Source: Lophium mytilinum (lineage: Eukaryota). Taken from it: 64,000 bases of DNA. The position numbers and the translations under genes are program-made. The first letter of the stretch is position 1; the number at the start of each line of letters is the position of its first letter. Shown piece after piece: positions 50,605-63,300 of the stretch. Where the stretch lies: positions 73,560-137,559 of the forward strand of contig MU004202.1 of assembly GCA_010093605.1 (NCBI GenBank). Direction: 5' to 3'. The notes beneath the pieces are model-generated. The model saw only the letters and a program-made list of their open reading frames with translations. It searched no databases and had not been told where the DNA came from.

Positions 50605-53327
50605 ATGCGCCAGCTCCGCAGCTTGCGTCGCCTCAATTCTTTCTTCTCCAGCCCTTTTATTACCCCACCAGCCCTCCGCATCCAAGCACGGAGCTTCAAT
50701 TCGACCACTCCTACCTTCAAATTTCAAGTCGACAAGAAAGACGTCACCATGGCACATCCAACAGTTACGATGAAGGGCGCGCCTTTTGACAGAGCTGCCA
50801 GTGCGTATCCCCGGGCCCTGTTGACTCGATTGACTCTGACATGTTAACAGTGGAAACACTCATGCGCCGCCGCCTGTTCTATACGCCTTCCTGCAAGTCA
50901 CCAATATAACTATACGATGTCTGGATTCTAATTGGCCGCAGTCGAAATCTATGGCGGTGTTTCTGGTCTCGTGAGTCCTCTCCTCCCTTCACACTCTGGG
51001 ATGCATGCTGATATGAGCGTAGTACGACTATGGCCCTTCTGGTAAGTCTACCGAATGAAACGCGGAAACAAGTAGCTGAGACAGGTTTCAAGGGTGTGCA
51101 CTACAAGCCAACATCGTGGACACATGGCGCAAGGAGTTCGTTTTGGAAGAGAACATGCTGGAGGGTGAGTCACAGAGGTTCTATGCGTAGACCAAGGCTA
51201 ACGATTTCCAGTCGACTGCACTATGTTGACCCCTCATGAGGTCCTCAAAACATCCGGCCATGTGAGCATCCCCGCGACGTCATTATACTCGGCATACACT
51301 AACACAATACCAAGGTGGACAAATTTGCGGATTGGATGACCAAGGACCCGAAGACTGGCGAGATATTCCGAGCGGACCACATTGTCGAGGAGATTCTGGA
51401 GGCGCGGCTGAAGGGCGACAAGGAGGCGAGAGGACAAAAAGTGGACGACGAAGAGAAGGAGGACCCCAAGAAGAAAAAGAAGAAGGTCAAGGTTATCAAG
51501 GCAGAGAAACTTGATGATGCGGTCGTCAAGGATTACGAGGAGGTTCTCGCAAAGGTTGGGCCTTCGGATCCAACTATACTACGGACGCTAACGACAACAA
51601 CAGATTGATAATTACAATGGCGAGGAACTTGGCGAGCTCATCAAGAAGTACAACATCAGGAACCCAGCGAACGATGGCGAGTTGGAACCACCAAAGGCCT
51701 TCAACCTGATGTTCCAGACTTCGATTGGCCCATCTGCCAATTCCCCAGCGTACCTTCGACCCGAGACAGCACAAGGCCAATTCTTGAACTTCCAGAAGCT
51801 CCTCGAGTTCAACCAGCAAGCCATGCCATTCGCCTCTGCATCCATTGGAAAATCGTTCCGTAATGAAATATCTCCTAGAGCCGGTCTTCTGCGAGTCCGG
51901 GAATTTCTAATGGCGGAAATCGAGCATTTTGTTGATCCCCAGAGTGGCAAGAAGCATCCTCGATTCGTCGAAGTGAAGGACGTTGAGCTAGAGCTGCTGA
52001 ACCGAGAAGTTCAGCTATCCGGCAAGACTGTGAGTATTGAATTCTCTTCAATTTTATGTTTATCATACTGAACATCTTCTAGGACGTCAAGACTACACCT
52101 ATCGGCGAGGCTGTTGAGAGAGGCATTGTGGACAACGAGACGCTTGGGTACTTCCTCGCGCGCATTCAGCTGTTCTTGCTGAAGATCGGCGTCGACAAGT
52201 CGAAGATCCGATTCCGACAGCACATGCGGAATGAGATGGCACATTATGCTGCAGACTGTTGGGATGCAGAGCTTCTGACGAGTATGCCTCACGTCAATTC
52301 TCCTAGATGAAATACTGATGTTGCTACAGGCTACGGCTGGATTGAGTGTGTCGGCTGCGCTGATCGATCGGCGTACGATCTCACTGTACATGCGAAGCGA
52401 ACCGGTGCTCCGCTTGTCGTGCGAGAGACGCTGAGAGAGCCTCTCCGGATAGAAGAATGGCAAATCGACCTTGACAAGAAGAAGTTTGGCCCTAAATTCA
52501 AGAAGGTAGGAGCACCGAGTCAAGTAATTAGAGCGTCCCATGTTAATAAATACAGGACGGCAAAGCTGTAGAGGCCGCCATCGAGGCACTTACCCAAGAC
52601 GTGCGAGAAAAGTTGGCATTAGAGCTCAAAGAGAATGGCAAGATCACTGTCGATGTGAACGGTGTCGGTGACGGTAAGGTTGACGTGGGCAAGGATCTTG
52701 TTGCGATTGAAAAGCGGACCCGTGTGGAGTCCACGCGGGAGTACACGCCCAATGTGATTGTAAGTTGAGCTCACTTCCCTGCATGTGGTCACATCTCTGA
52801 CACTGCCAGGAACCGTCGTTTGGTATCGGTCGCATTCTGTACGCGTTGTGCGAACACGTGCACTGGACTCGCTCTGGGGACGAGGCAAGGGGTGTTTTGT
52901 CGTTCCCGCCTCTGATTGCACCGACCAAGGTGCTCATCGTGCCATTGTCAGCGCACCCAGACTTCCAGCCGTTGATACACGACCTGAGCAAGAAGCTCCG
53001 AACTCGACGCATCTCAAGCCGAGTGGACAGCTCGAATGCGTCGATCGGCAAGAGATACTCCAGGAACGACGAGCTCGGAACGCCGTTTGGCTTGACGGTT
53101 GACTTTCAGTCCGTGAAGGACAAGACGGTATGGCCCTTATCGTGAGACCATTGACATGTTTTTCTGACCGTATTTAGTACACGCTCCGCGACAGGGACAC
53201 GACGAAACAGGTCAGGGCGGGCGAGGATGCCATCTTGGAGGCGATCGTGAGTCTCACAGAGGGCACGGAGTCGTGGGAGGACGTGGCCAAGCGGTTACCA
53301 GCCTTCGAAGGCCAAGAGGTGGACTAG
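50605..53327 (+). CDS. GRS1: Glycyl-tRNA synthetase with upstream mitochondrial presequence (about 12 introns; cytosolic start 50749)
   Basis: Spliced [81 protein letters not shown] and [13 protein letters not shown]. Confidence 0.96.
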
Positions 53328-54989
53328 ACGCGCTGGCACCGGTGCTTCCGCCCACTGTGCGAGTTCCTGCATTGGTTTCCCTGGGGTTGTGGTGCTGGAC
53401 AGACTTGGTAACTAGATAGAGCATCATGCAATCAAAGCTTTGGGCAGGCAGGTCTAGGCGGCTGATCTCCACCACTCCCGTCCGGTTGGCGATGCAGAAC
53501 ATGCCGTGCCGCTGCCGCTGCCGCTGATAATCGCAGCTCTCTGCGAGAAACGCACGACATAGCCCTGGACGTTAGCGCATAGTCAACTCCCTTGGTCGAT
53601 ATAACATGAGGTCTTACAGTATCCCAGCGGTACCTCAGCTTTCACCAATATCACAGCCTCGCTCCGGGCCGAGCGGTAGCTGCCCTGCAGCCGTGCCCCG
53701 TCGTTCCCTTCCCTGTTCCTGGCTGCTGTGCCCCAATCGCGCGCCATGGCGATTGTTCCGGTGGTCCCGCTGGCTGTGATTTGAGGCGCAAAGCCAGTGC
53801 TGGCCCAACGACAGCGGGCCTGACGATTGAGTTCGGGAGGAAAAAGCATGGGGCCAGGTCCCGGGGTGACCGCCGCGGACGAGGGGATTGATAGGATGGG
53901 CATGGGGGAGGGGTCTGGGGAGCACAACCAACGGGCGATGTAGAGTCGCGCTGGCACGACTGGAACGACTAAATAAGTCGCGCAACCCTGCCTCGCTCCA
54001 GCAGGTCCCGGACGAGACTTCTCGCAGAATGTGTAGGTACTGTAAATGGCCTCCGGCATAGCTGTGGGCGAGCTTGACAGGCCAAGGGCTCGTCTTTTCT
54101 ACCTACACCCAGCAGAATCCTCCGCCGTCCGCCCGCGTACCCCTCGAGCATCGCCTGTCTGTCTGTCAACACTTCTGCACCATCCCGCTGCCACCCTTGT
54201 GCTACCATCCGCTGCAGACAGCTACCCAGGACGTGCATCACTCAGAGCCGTTTCCTCTCCAGATAACGCGCCTTTATATTGCTCGCCCCTAGCGTTGCCG
54301 CACATAGTGGCACTGCCCGCTGCTGTTCATTTATCCTGCGTCCACCATTCTCCCATGTCTCTCTTTCCTCTGTCTTCACGTGAATGATATACTAGTCTTG
54401 CATGTATGCCGCCGAGCTTGCTGATCGCGGGCGCCTGGGACCTGGGTAACGGGTGATCCTTTGGATGCAGAGCTTGTTCTACTACTCGACGGGTTGTGTC
54501 ATCCAAATCCTTGCATTTCCAGTTTTCCAGTCCGTGTCTGTCTAGGGCGTCTCCCATTAGGACTATCTATCTCTACATACAGCCTGAAAGTTTCTTTTGG
54601 ATGCCTATGTTCCACACTCGTATCTTTACAATCTACTCTGCATACCTCGCCATACCCTTTTCATCATCCGGGACCAAGCAACACCCAATATCGCCGACAG
54701 ACGGAACCTTTCTCAACCCGTACCTCGCCCGCCTAGGATCAAAGCGAGCGCCCTGCAGGCTACAAGACCCAGCGCATCACGCAGCGCCCGCAGTGTCGAA
54801 TGCCTGCCCATCTACGGCTGCAGGTATTATCGTCAGCTAGGAGCCTTCTCGTCACTCTAGCAGAGTATAGTTTGTAGTGTCGCCAGACTTCGACGCCACC
54901 ACGCTCCCATTCGTATACGACGATCTCTGGCGAACAGTGGAACTAGCTGCTTCCACCGACCACGCTGTGGGAGCAGGCGACCCGCCGCC

Positions 54990-56643
54990 ATGGAAGAGGA
55001 TCCGCCACCGAAACCCGATGACCCGGCAAAGCCTCACACAGACGCCGCCCCATTGCGCGTGAGGGGGAATTCGAACTCATCGAATGCGTCGTCGGGATCT
55101 ATGTAAGGCTGTTGTTCTTAAAACTAGTCTAGCGCCGTTTTGCCATGACCTTACCGTGGTAGCGCTGAGACTGTGTCTTACTGTTGTGTCATCTTCCCGC
55201 AAGCGACCACTTGAACCAACCACCACGTCTTCATCTCAACTATCAGAGAAGAGCTAACAGCTCCCGGCTAGTGTCTCGACCCGCACCCTTCAGTCCATCG
55301 ACCTGACTACCATCACGGAGAATGACCGAACCTATCCGGACGAGCATTACTACATGCCTTGCGATGCAGTCGAGCAAGATCGCCTAAGCATTCTTCATCG
55401 AGTCTACTTAGCTGCCCTTGGAGACAAGCTGACCACCGCGCCAATCACCGCCGCTACCACCAGAATGCTGGATGTCGGAACTGGGCCTGGTGATTGGGCT
55501 GTAGGCATCTCGGAACGCTTTCCTTACGCGGAAGTAGTAGGAATCGACCTAACGATATGGGACGTCGAAGCTGTCGAAGCGGAACGGCAAGGGGGTCATG
55601 GTGCCGGATCTGAACGAGGCGTCCAATGGGAGATTGACGACCTGAACATCTGGCGCGTAGACCCACCAGATCCCATACCCGAACCAGAACCAGAACTCTC
55701 AAAAACGATAGAAAACCTGAAGCTTTTTGACAGTCCCGAAGACGGTCATAATAGCCTGGCGAGTATCTCGCAAACCGCCTCCACCAAAACCACAGCCACG
55801 GCCAGTACAGCGGAAGACACGCCTCCCACAAGCTCCGAGATGCATATACCATCACTCACAACCAGCACAACTAAAGAAAAAGGCAAAGGCAAAGCTGCAA
55901 ACCCTCCTTCCCCAACCCTCACGCATCCCCAACCCCAAGCCGACCCCCCACCCACCAACCTCTACTCCCTAGAGCCCCAACCACCCCATCCCGGCTGGAA
56001 CTTCACCGAGCCCTTCGACTACATCCACATCCGCGGCCTCAAAGGCGCCTTCGCCTCCTGGCCCGCCCTCTACGCCGAAGCCTACACCAGCCTGGCCCCA
56101 GGCGGCTGGATAGAGGTCGTCGACTACAGCTTCGCGCCGCCCGACACCCCGGACATCCTCAACCGCCCCTCAGGTCCTACTAGCGGCGACTCCCCTGGTC
56201 CGGCGAGCGGCCCCTTACCGCCCTCCAGCTTCGAAGCCTTCACCCACCTCTTCGAATCCACCCGCCTCGCCTCCCTACGCGCCGGTCTCAACCTGGGGAC
56301 CGCGCACCTCTCCACCTCTCTCCTCACAGACGCGGGCTTCGTGGACGTCCGAGCGACGCAGGTCAACGTGCCGGTGGGCACCTGGCCCAGCGATGCGCGG
56401 CAGAAGGCGCTGGGGAAGCTGTTCGTCGTGTGTCTGATGGAGGGGTTCGAGAGCGTGTGCTTGCGGCTGCTGACGCGGTACGCGGGGTGGGGGAAAGAAG
56501 AGGTACGTGAGCTAGTAGAGAAGGCGAAGGGAGAGGTGATGCGGGCTTGTGTGAGGGAGGATCAGGGTGAGGGGGAGGTGGAGGGGTGGGTGGCGCCGTT
56601 TCGGTGGGTGGTGGGGCGGAAGGGGAGGGAGCAGAGGCGATGA
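54990..56643 (+). CDS. LaeA-like SAM-dependent methyltransferase (intron 55103-55271)
   Basis: ATG in strong context ccgccATGG; YYMPCDAVEQDRL, MLDVGTGPGDW, VVGIDL, FDYIHIR, LAPGGWIE, AGFVDV, PVGTWP and LTRYAGW. Confidence 0.85.
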
Positions 56644-58652
56644 GGGGCGGGGATTTACGACCTGCTGGGGGCAGTCAGACGGTGGTGTGGGGTGGGCAGG
56701 GGGCGGGTTGTAGAGGGGTGGTATTGGGGGTGGTGGAAAGGGGAGCTGGAAAGGGGAGCTGGAAAAGGGTGGTTGTATGATAGGGTAGTTATGCGTGCGC
56801 GTTACACGCTTTTATGAACTTGACATCGTATTTGCCTCCTTTACAACCTATGGAAACCATCACGCAAAAGAAAAGGGCAAAAGGAAACACCGCAATGCCA
56901 GGGATCGATCTCCCGCCCGCAAAAAAGACATCAGGCGAAGGTCACCTGCGTTTCGATCACCGCCTCCGCGGGCTACTACTATGGCCTGTAGTAACCCTCC
57001 TACTTCCCCCGGGCTGGCCAGCGGCGCCCTGCAATCGTCCCACTGGACAATCTTAAGCTTGCCTCGCTTCCAACTTGGGGTCGCCGAGAAATAAACTAGT
57101 ATGTATGCCATTTGGATAGGAAGAGCGGTGTAGCCTTCGCAACGATGTTTGAGATTCCTTTGCCGAGTTTCTTCTTAGAAGGTCCACATTAAGACATCGC
57201 GAGCAAGAACTATGTTAGGGTTGCTGATAGTCTGAAGACATTTCAAGGCAATAATCAGAGTGTTAGAGGGGTGTATCGGGATGTCGAATAGATATCCAAA
57301 GAAGACTAGCGGATACCAAGCAAAAGGAGCTACCTAATCTCGCTAAGCTTGCCCCTAGCGAGAATATAGACGTCTGATGCAACCAACCTACACTCAAGGC
57401 TCCTTAGCCCTCTCTTCATCACCTTTTGTTATCTAGACTCGTACATGCTTGAACAAATGTAAGTTGAGAGGAAAAGCGTAACTGTAAGGGTCCAATGACT
57501 GGCTTTAGGTGGCATTGCTTCGTAGGCCCACTAGGTATTGTAGGAGCTTCATATCATTTTCACTACTTAAAGTTTCGTTTTCTAGCATTATACAAGAGAA
57601 TTCCATCAGAAGTGTCGTTTATGTCTCCTTTTCTTGATGATGACTATGTCACTGGCTATGTGTTCTCGATATGGCGGCTCCAGCACGAGGTAAAGACTTT
57701 CACGACGGATCACTTGCAGGGATTGGTCACGTGACCGTATCAACCCCAATGACCGCTCGGGGAGCTTTTCATCACTCACGTGTACACCTTGTTAGCGCTG
57801 GCTGTAGTGCTTCCAGCGATCATGTGTACAACTCTTTGGCGCCGGCAGAGGTGCCCTATGAAGGTATCACACCCTCCAAAACGAAGAACTTACGGCCTGA
57901 GCCCCACTATCGGAGCACTCCATACAGTGCCAAACACCTGTACACTGATAGGCATCACGGGATGCTCTGGAGTCGTGCGAATTGTGCATCCCGTTGATGA
58001 TCCTGTGACCTGCTCGCTGGGGACCTCCTGACGGCGGTGTCTTGTGAGCAGTATCAGACTTCGAGCGCTACCTTTTGACAGGTTGGTGACCTACTCATCC
58101 AGATCACACCGCTTTTCCGCCTCGTTAGCCTAACTCCATACTAGAGGGGCCAGATTGAGGCCGGCCCGCTCCGTAGCTGCGCTCGCTCCGTAGTTGCTCG
58201 TCAATTCGACTATATAAGGTCGTCGCCCGGCCCTCCTCCTCCCTTCCTCCTACACTCCACTTCTTGGGTCTACTCTCTTACCCAACACCAAAGGCTTGTG
58301 GTGGCCAGGCGGTCTGGCTGCATAGCGACCGCCTGGCAGCGCAGCATGATGTGCTGGAAGATACCACCTGGTGGTGAGTTTGCGCGCCCGTCCCCAGCCA
58401 CCGGCTATTTCGCACTCTGGCCGCCGCGACTCGGATTTTCCCAATTCTGACATCACTATATAAGGCCACCTCCCACCCACCTTTCTCATCAGGTCTTCCT
58501 CTCCGCGACATCCTCATCAACCTCTTCTCTTCTCGCGCTGCGCGCTCCATTTCGGCTTCAATTCTTCGTCTTATTTCTCATCATTTTTTGCGCTGGACGC
58601 CCTTCTCAACCGCTCCAAACCCTCATCAAAACCTCTCGAATTTCCTTCTGAA

Positions 58653-59185
58653 ATGCCTCCTCGCACCGTGAAGCTCATCCTCCAGGGTCACAATGACGCC
58701 GCCACCCTCAACGCCGCTGCCGCTCCCAAGACCGAGTCGAAGCACCCCAAGCCCGCTGTCGTCTCCGGTCGCGTCGCGAAGCACCCCAAGAAGGCCCAAG
58801 TCACCATTGCTTGTGGTTGCTGCCGTCAGAGCAAGGCGAAAGTACGTCTGATTCGCACCCTGCTGCCAAATGCCACTGCTGACATGCCTGAAAGTGCACT
58901 GGAGCCCGCCCCGTCTGCGCGCGCTGCCTCAAATCTGACCTTGTCTGCACCTACTCTGGCAACGTCGGTGAAACTCGCGAGGGCGCTCTGAAGCGTCAGC
59001 TCGCTGAGGCCAATGAGAAGATCCGCCTGCTTGAATCCGGCCCTGGCGCCAAGATGGAGCGCATGTGGCCCTATTTCAAGAGCTTGACTAGCACTGATCA
59101 CTCCATCACCGTCATGTTGGCCACGTCGTTTGAGGATTTTGTCGAGATGATCGAGGCGGCGAAGGCACTCAAGGAGGTCATGTAG
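58653..59185 (+). CDS. Miniature Zn(II)2Cys6 protein (~159 aa; intron 58842-58894)
   Basis: Spliced IACGCCRQSKAK/CTGARPVCARCLKSDLVCTY, then coiled-coil ETREGALKRQLAEANEKIRLLE; TAG at 59183-59185; TATATAA boxes near 58211 and 58457. Confidence 0.85.
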
Positions 59186-59265
59186 GGGGAAGAGGGGTGG
59201 GCTGGCACTGCCTGGGGGACTTCCATAGCTTTTCCAAATTCTGCACATGAATGAAATTCCATGTC

Positions 59266-59650
59266 TTTGACCACACCGATACCTCGCTGAGCCGCCTCGT
59301 GCAGTGATGAACAAGTGTACATATGCCTTAGTATTCGAGCTAACTAGCGGTTGTATAGTATGGTTTGACACCGTTTGAATGGCCTCAACAGATTATTCTC
59401 AATAGGAATGTGATGGAAAATCATCCTTTTGACCGCCCCGAAACCTCGCTGAGCCACCTCAAGCAGTGACAACCAAATGTATATGTAGCTTCGTATTCAG
59501 GTTGCCTAGGGGCTGTATAGTATGGTTTGACACTGTCTGAATGGCCTCAACAGCTCTTCCTCAATATGAACGCGACGAAAACTAATCCTTTTGACCACCC
59601 CGAAACCTAGCCAGGGCACCTCATGCAGTGACAAACGATTGTATGTATCC
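59266..59650. repeat. Imperfect tandem repeat, 162-bp period, ~2.3 copies
   Basis: tttgacc..ccga.acct.gc...g...cctc..gcagtga begins at 59266, 59428 and 59590; tgtatagtatggtttgacac.gt.tgaatggcctcaacag occurs in copies 1 and 2. Confidence 0.9.
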
Positions 59651-59699
59651 CTCTATCCCGCGATGTCTTCTGCCCCTATTCCAGCGTATTGAAAGCATC

Positions 59700-60222
59700 A
59701 CGACCAATATCAAGACCTTGAGAACTGATTCCTACAGCCTTTGGACACCGTTTGAGCGCCCCCATAGGGTCGTAAACCGTCGACATAGGATGTAAAGATT
59801 GCTCCAGCGTATATTGAGGAGCTTTTTGGAAGCATGGTAACGTTCATGAAGCTCCCTCAACGAATTATGGTGAATAACAAAACGGAAGCGTATACGCTCC
59901 AAATGGGAGTGCTCGGGGTAACGCGCAAGGCGGTGCGCTTGATATTAGGCCTTTCAATATCAAGTTTCAAGAGGTTTGCCACCGTTTGAGGGCCCCTGTG
60001 GGGTTATAAACCATCTGTATAGGATGTAAAGATTGCTACAGCTTATATGGAGGAGCTACCTGGGGGAATAGTAGCGTATATAAAGCCACTTCGACGTGTT
60101 ATAGCGAATAGCAACACCACAGCATATATATTCTGAATGGAAGTGCTCGGGGTGTTTTGCGCGGCAATACCCTCGATATCAGGCTTCTGGATATCACGTT
60201 TCATGGTTTTCGACGCCGTCTG
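59700..60222. repeat. Imperfect tandem repeat, 234-bp period, ~2.2 copies
   Basis: caccgtttgag at 59746 and 59980, variant at 60214; ataggatgtaaagattgct and aatgg.agtgctcggggt duplicated at 234-bp spacing. Confidence 0.88.
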
Positions 60223-60327
60223 GCTTGGCTTGACATGTCTTGCGAAATCTGGAAGTGATAGTTTGGACCAATCTATTACCACGCTGGGCCACCTCAGACG
60301 GTGGCAAGCGAGTCCTACGTACGGCTA

Positions 60328-63300
60328 TCATGCCTCCAAATCGTAAAGCAAGCATCCTTGTGTCCTGAAATTGTAGACAAATGCTTTCCCGCCTTCGCCG
60401 GTCCTGAGACTCTCCTTCTCCTCCCGCCACTTACCAGCATACTTGAGAAGCAAATCGTGCAAGTCCTGCAAATACTTCCGATCCGCCAACGGCAAGCTCT
60501 GGATCGCGCGCCTCCAGCTATCCGGATCGCTCAGCCTCGTGTCCCTCACTAGCTCCATGATCTCATCCTTCGTCTCGATAGCAGCAATGGGCGCTGACTT
60601 GAATGTGTCGAGCAGACCGCTCGAACGGGACCGGGCAGCCTCGATTATCCCCCACTTGTTGGTCTTCTTGGATTTACGCTCCGCGACGAGGACATCCACC
60701 TCTGCTTTGGGCGAAGAGGATGAGGTGTCGTCTTTCCCGCTGATGGTGCGAGAGAGCGCATGGCGTTGTTGAAGACTGGCGCCTTCGCGCTGATCCCGGT
60801 CGCGAATTTCGGCCTTCAGGTAAGAAAGAAGTTCGGTGCTGCGGATGTCCGTGTCTTCCTTCTTATCGATGCTCTTGACTTTGATATCGGGCTTACCGCT
60901 TACGGAGGCATCGTGCTTGATGATGACGACCCAGCTGATGTTGTCGTCTTTGTAGTGCGACAGGAGCTCTTCGGGTGAGCGAGCGTCTCGAGCGAGCTCA
61001 GCATTGAAGCCTTGCCAGATGAGATTCGACACGAGTTTGACGCCAGTGGAGCGTAGGATGGTAGAATCAAAGCTAGCGACTAGCACGTCGCAGCGGCGCG
61101 GTATCCAGGAATGCTCTGGTTCTTCGTCGCCGCCATCCTTTGATGCCGCACCCTTCTTCAGGAAATGACTCTTTGGTGGGTTTTTGAGGTATCGGGCCAT
61201 TGAACCGACAAGTCGATCCCAACCCAAGTTCATACCTACAGCATGGATTCCTGTGAGCTGGGACTGGCCTTTGGGACGATACTCTTCGATGAGCCGGTCG
61301 TATCGTCCTCCAGCCGCAAGGACTTCCCGACGCTTGCTATCGTACAAGCACTGGAACAGAATGCCGCCGGAATAGAACTTCTCGTTTACACTACTAAGCG
61401 GGCATATGTAGGCTTTGCGCTTCACATCCCAGTGTTTCATGTAAGCGATAACAGTCTTCAAGTGAGCAAACACGGCATGTGTCTGATCCAAGTGCTTCGT
61501 GCCTTCGAAGGTTCTTCGTAGCTTGGCGAAAGCCTTCTCTGGCGAGTCCCTCCAATCGAACTTTGCAAGGTCGTCCAGCGATGTCGATGAGACGCCAATC
61601 TCGGGGGCACGGAGTTCATTTCTAATCTTCTGCCAGGTGTAAGACTGGATGTTCAACTTGCTGAGGGCTTCTTTGACGGATGGGCGCAGTGGGACGTTGA
61701 TGCGACAAAAATCCAAGATGAGCTCTAGCAGATCTGAATGATTCAGGTGGAAACACATCTGAGTAGATTTCAGCGAAGGGAAGTCTTGTGTGACTTCGTC
61801 TATAACCTTGATAACCTCAGCCTCTTTCAAGGCGAGATCAAAAGTGTCGTAAGAAACGATGTCAAAATCGGCTTCGCCGTTGCTGCGTGGAGCGCCGATA
61901 GCATAGTTGTCGCGGAAGACCGTCCCTATGGTATATGTCCTTTCGAGAGTCGGTGCTCCTCGGCCGAGACTTCTAGCATACGGCAATGTCAAGTCGTATG
62001 GCAGCTGGACTAATGTGCCAGATGTATCGAACAGCTTGACCACGTTGCTGTTTGAGTAGTGGTCAGACCAAGGTAACAGCAGCTGGCGCTGCGTCTTGAC
62101 CGCACCGTGACTTCGAAAGATCATAGCCAGGCGATCTTCGATGAGGTTTTGCAGCCCTACATCACTAGCCTTCAGGGTGTGCACACCAGTAGTAGTACCT
62201 ATGTCCCATGCGAAATCTTTAACTTGGTTGTCCGGTTTCTGTGAGAATAGCGCGGCCATCATCTTCTGATAATGAGGGGAGTTTCGGTCGGATAGGGCTT
62301 TCAAGGCCTCTTTGATGGCTTCGTCTTCAATTTGAAGAGGAACCTTTCCACTTCGGAGTAATTCCGCGCAACTAGGACGTTCACCAGGCTTGTGGCGGAT
62401 TAAAGACGTGATGATGCTACCTTCCAGTGCCTTATCTGCTCCCTGAAAGCCGTCTGGTAAGGTGTGCTGTTTCTCTCGTAGAGCTCTGATGACATGGTCT
62501 CGCTCCATTGCGGTCTTCAAAGGGTGGCACATTTCAAAGAAGATGATACCCAGCGAATACATGTCGACCTTGTCGTTGTAACTACCACCGGCACCTGAGC
62601 GTAGCTCCGGAGCAACGTATAAAGTCGTTCCAACACTGTGGGTCATATCACCGTCGATGGTGTTGCTCGAGGATGCGCCTTTGTCTACGCGATGGTACTG
62701 GCCACTGGTAGCTAGGCCGAAATCACCGATTTTAGGGATTTTTGCCACATCTATGAAGACGTTGTCTGGCTTGAGGTCACGATGGATAATGCCGTGGCCG
62801 TGAATGTGCGCAAGACCTTCAAGGACTTGACGTAGAAGTCTCCAGTATTCCTCAGGCTCTTCATATAGCCCCTTTCGTATGAGATCGCGAAGCGTCTGCT
62901 TTTCGCAGTATTCCATTTGGATGTATAGGGTCGTCTTGACTGGGCGGGAGTTGGATGTGATACGTGTTGCTTTTGGGAGGGCCTTGGAGTCGCCGGTGGC
63001 GTCTCCGTCCTCTTCTTCTGTATGGAACCGTCAGTGTCGGATTTCTGAAAATTGCATCTTGCTATAACCATCTCGAGGGTGTTGGAGGACTTCATAAGAC
63101 TTCAGAATAGCGTGTGCAAACATGTTAATGTGGTTTTGGGGGGATCTGAAGCTTACCTGTGTTATCACCACTTGTGCCGAATACGATCCCGTCATCTGAC
63201 TCCTCGTCCTCATCATCCGACTCCTCTTCAAACCCAGTCTTGGAGCTTATAAAGTCCAGCCCTCCAGTACTTCCCCCAAACTCGACGAAGTCCCCGCTTA

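Noticed and set aside
53330..54980. Short ORFs between GRS1 and the methyltransferase
   Set aside because: No domains or coherent exon structure; more likely promoter or 5' UTR.
57483..57593. Solo LTR (TGTAAG...ATACA)
   Set aside because: Only ~110 bp, no matching 4-5 bp target-site duplication and no second copy.
59266..60222. CRISPR-like array
   Set aside because: Intervening segments are homologous to each other and 150-220 bp long; eukaryotic context; no cas genes.
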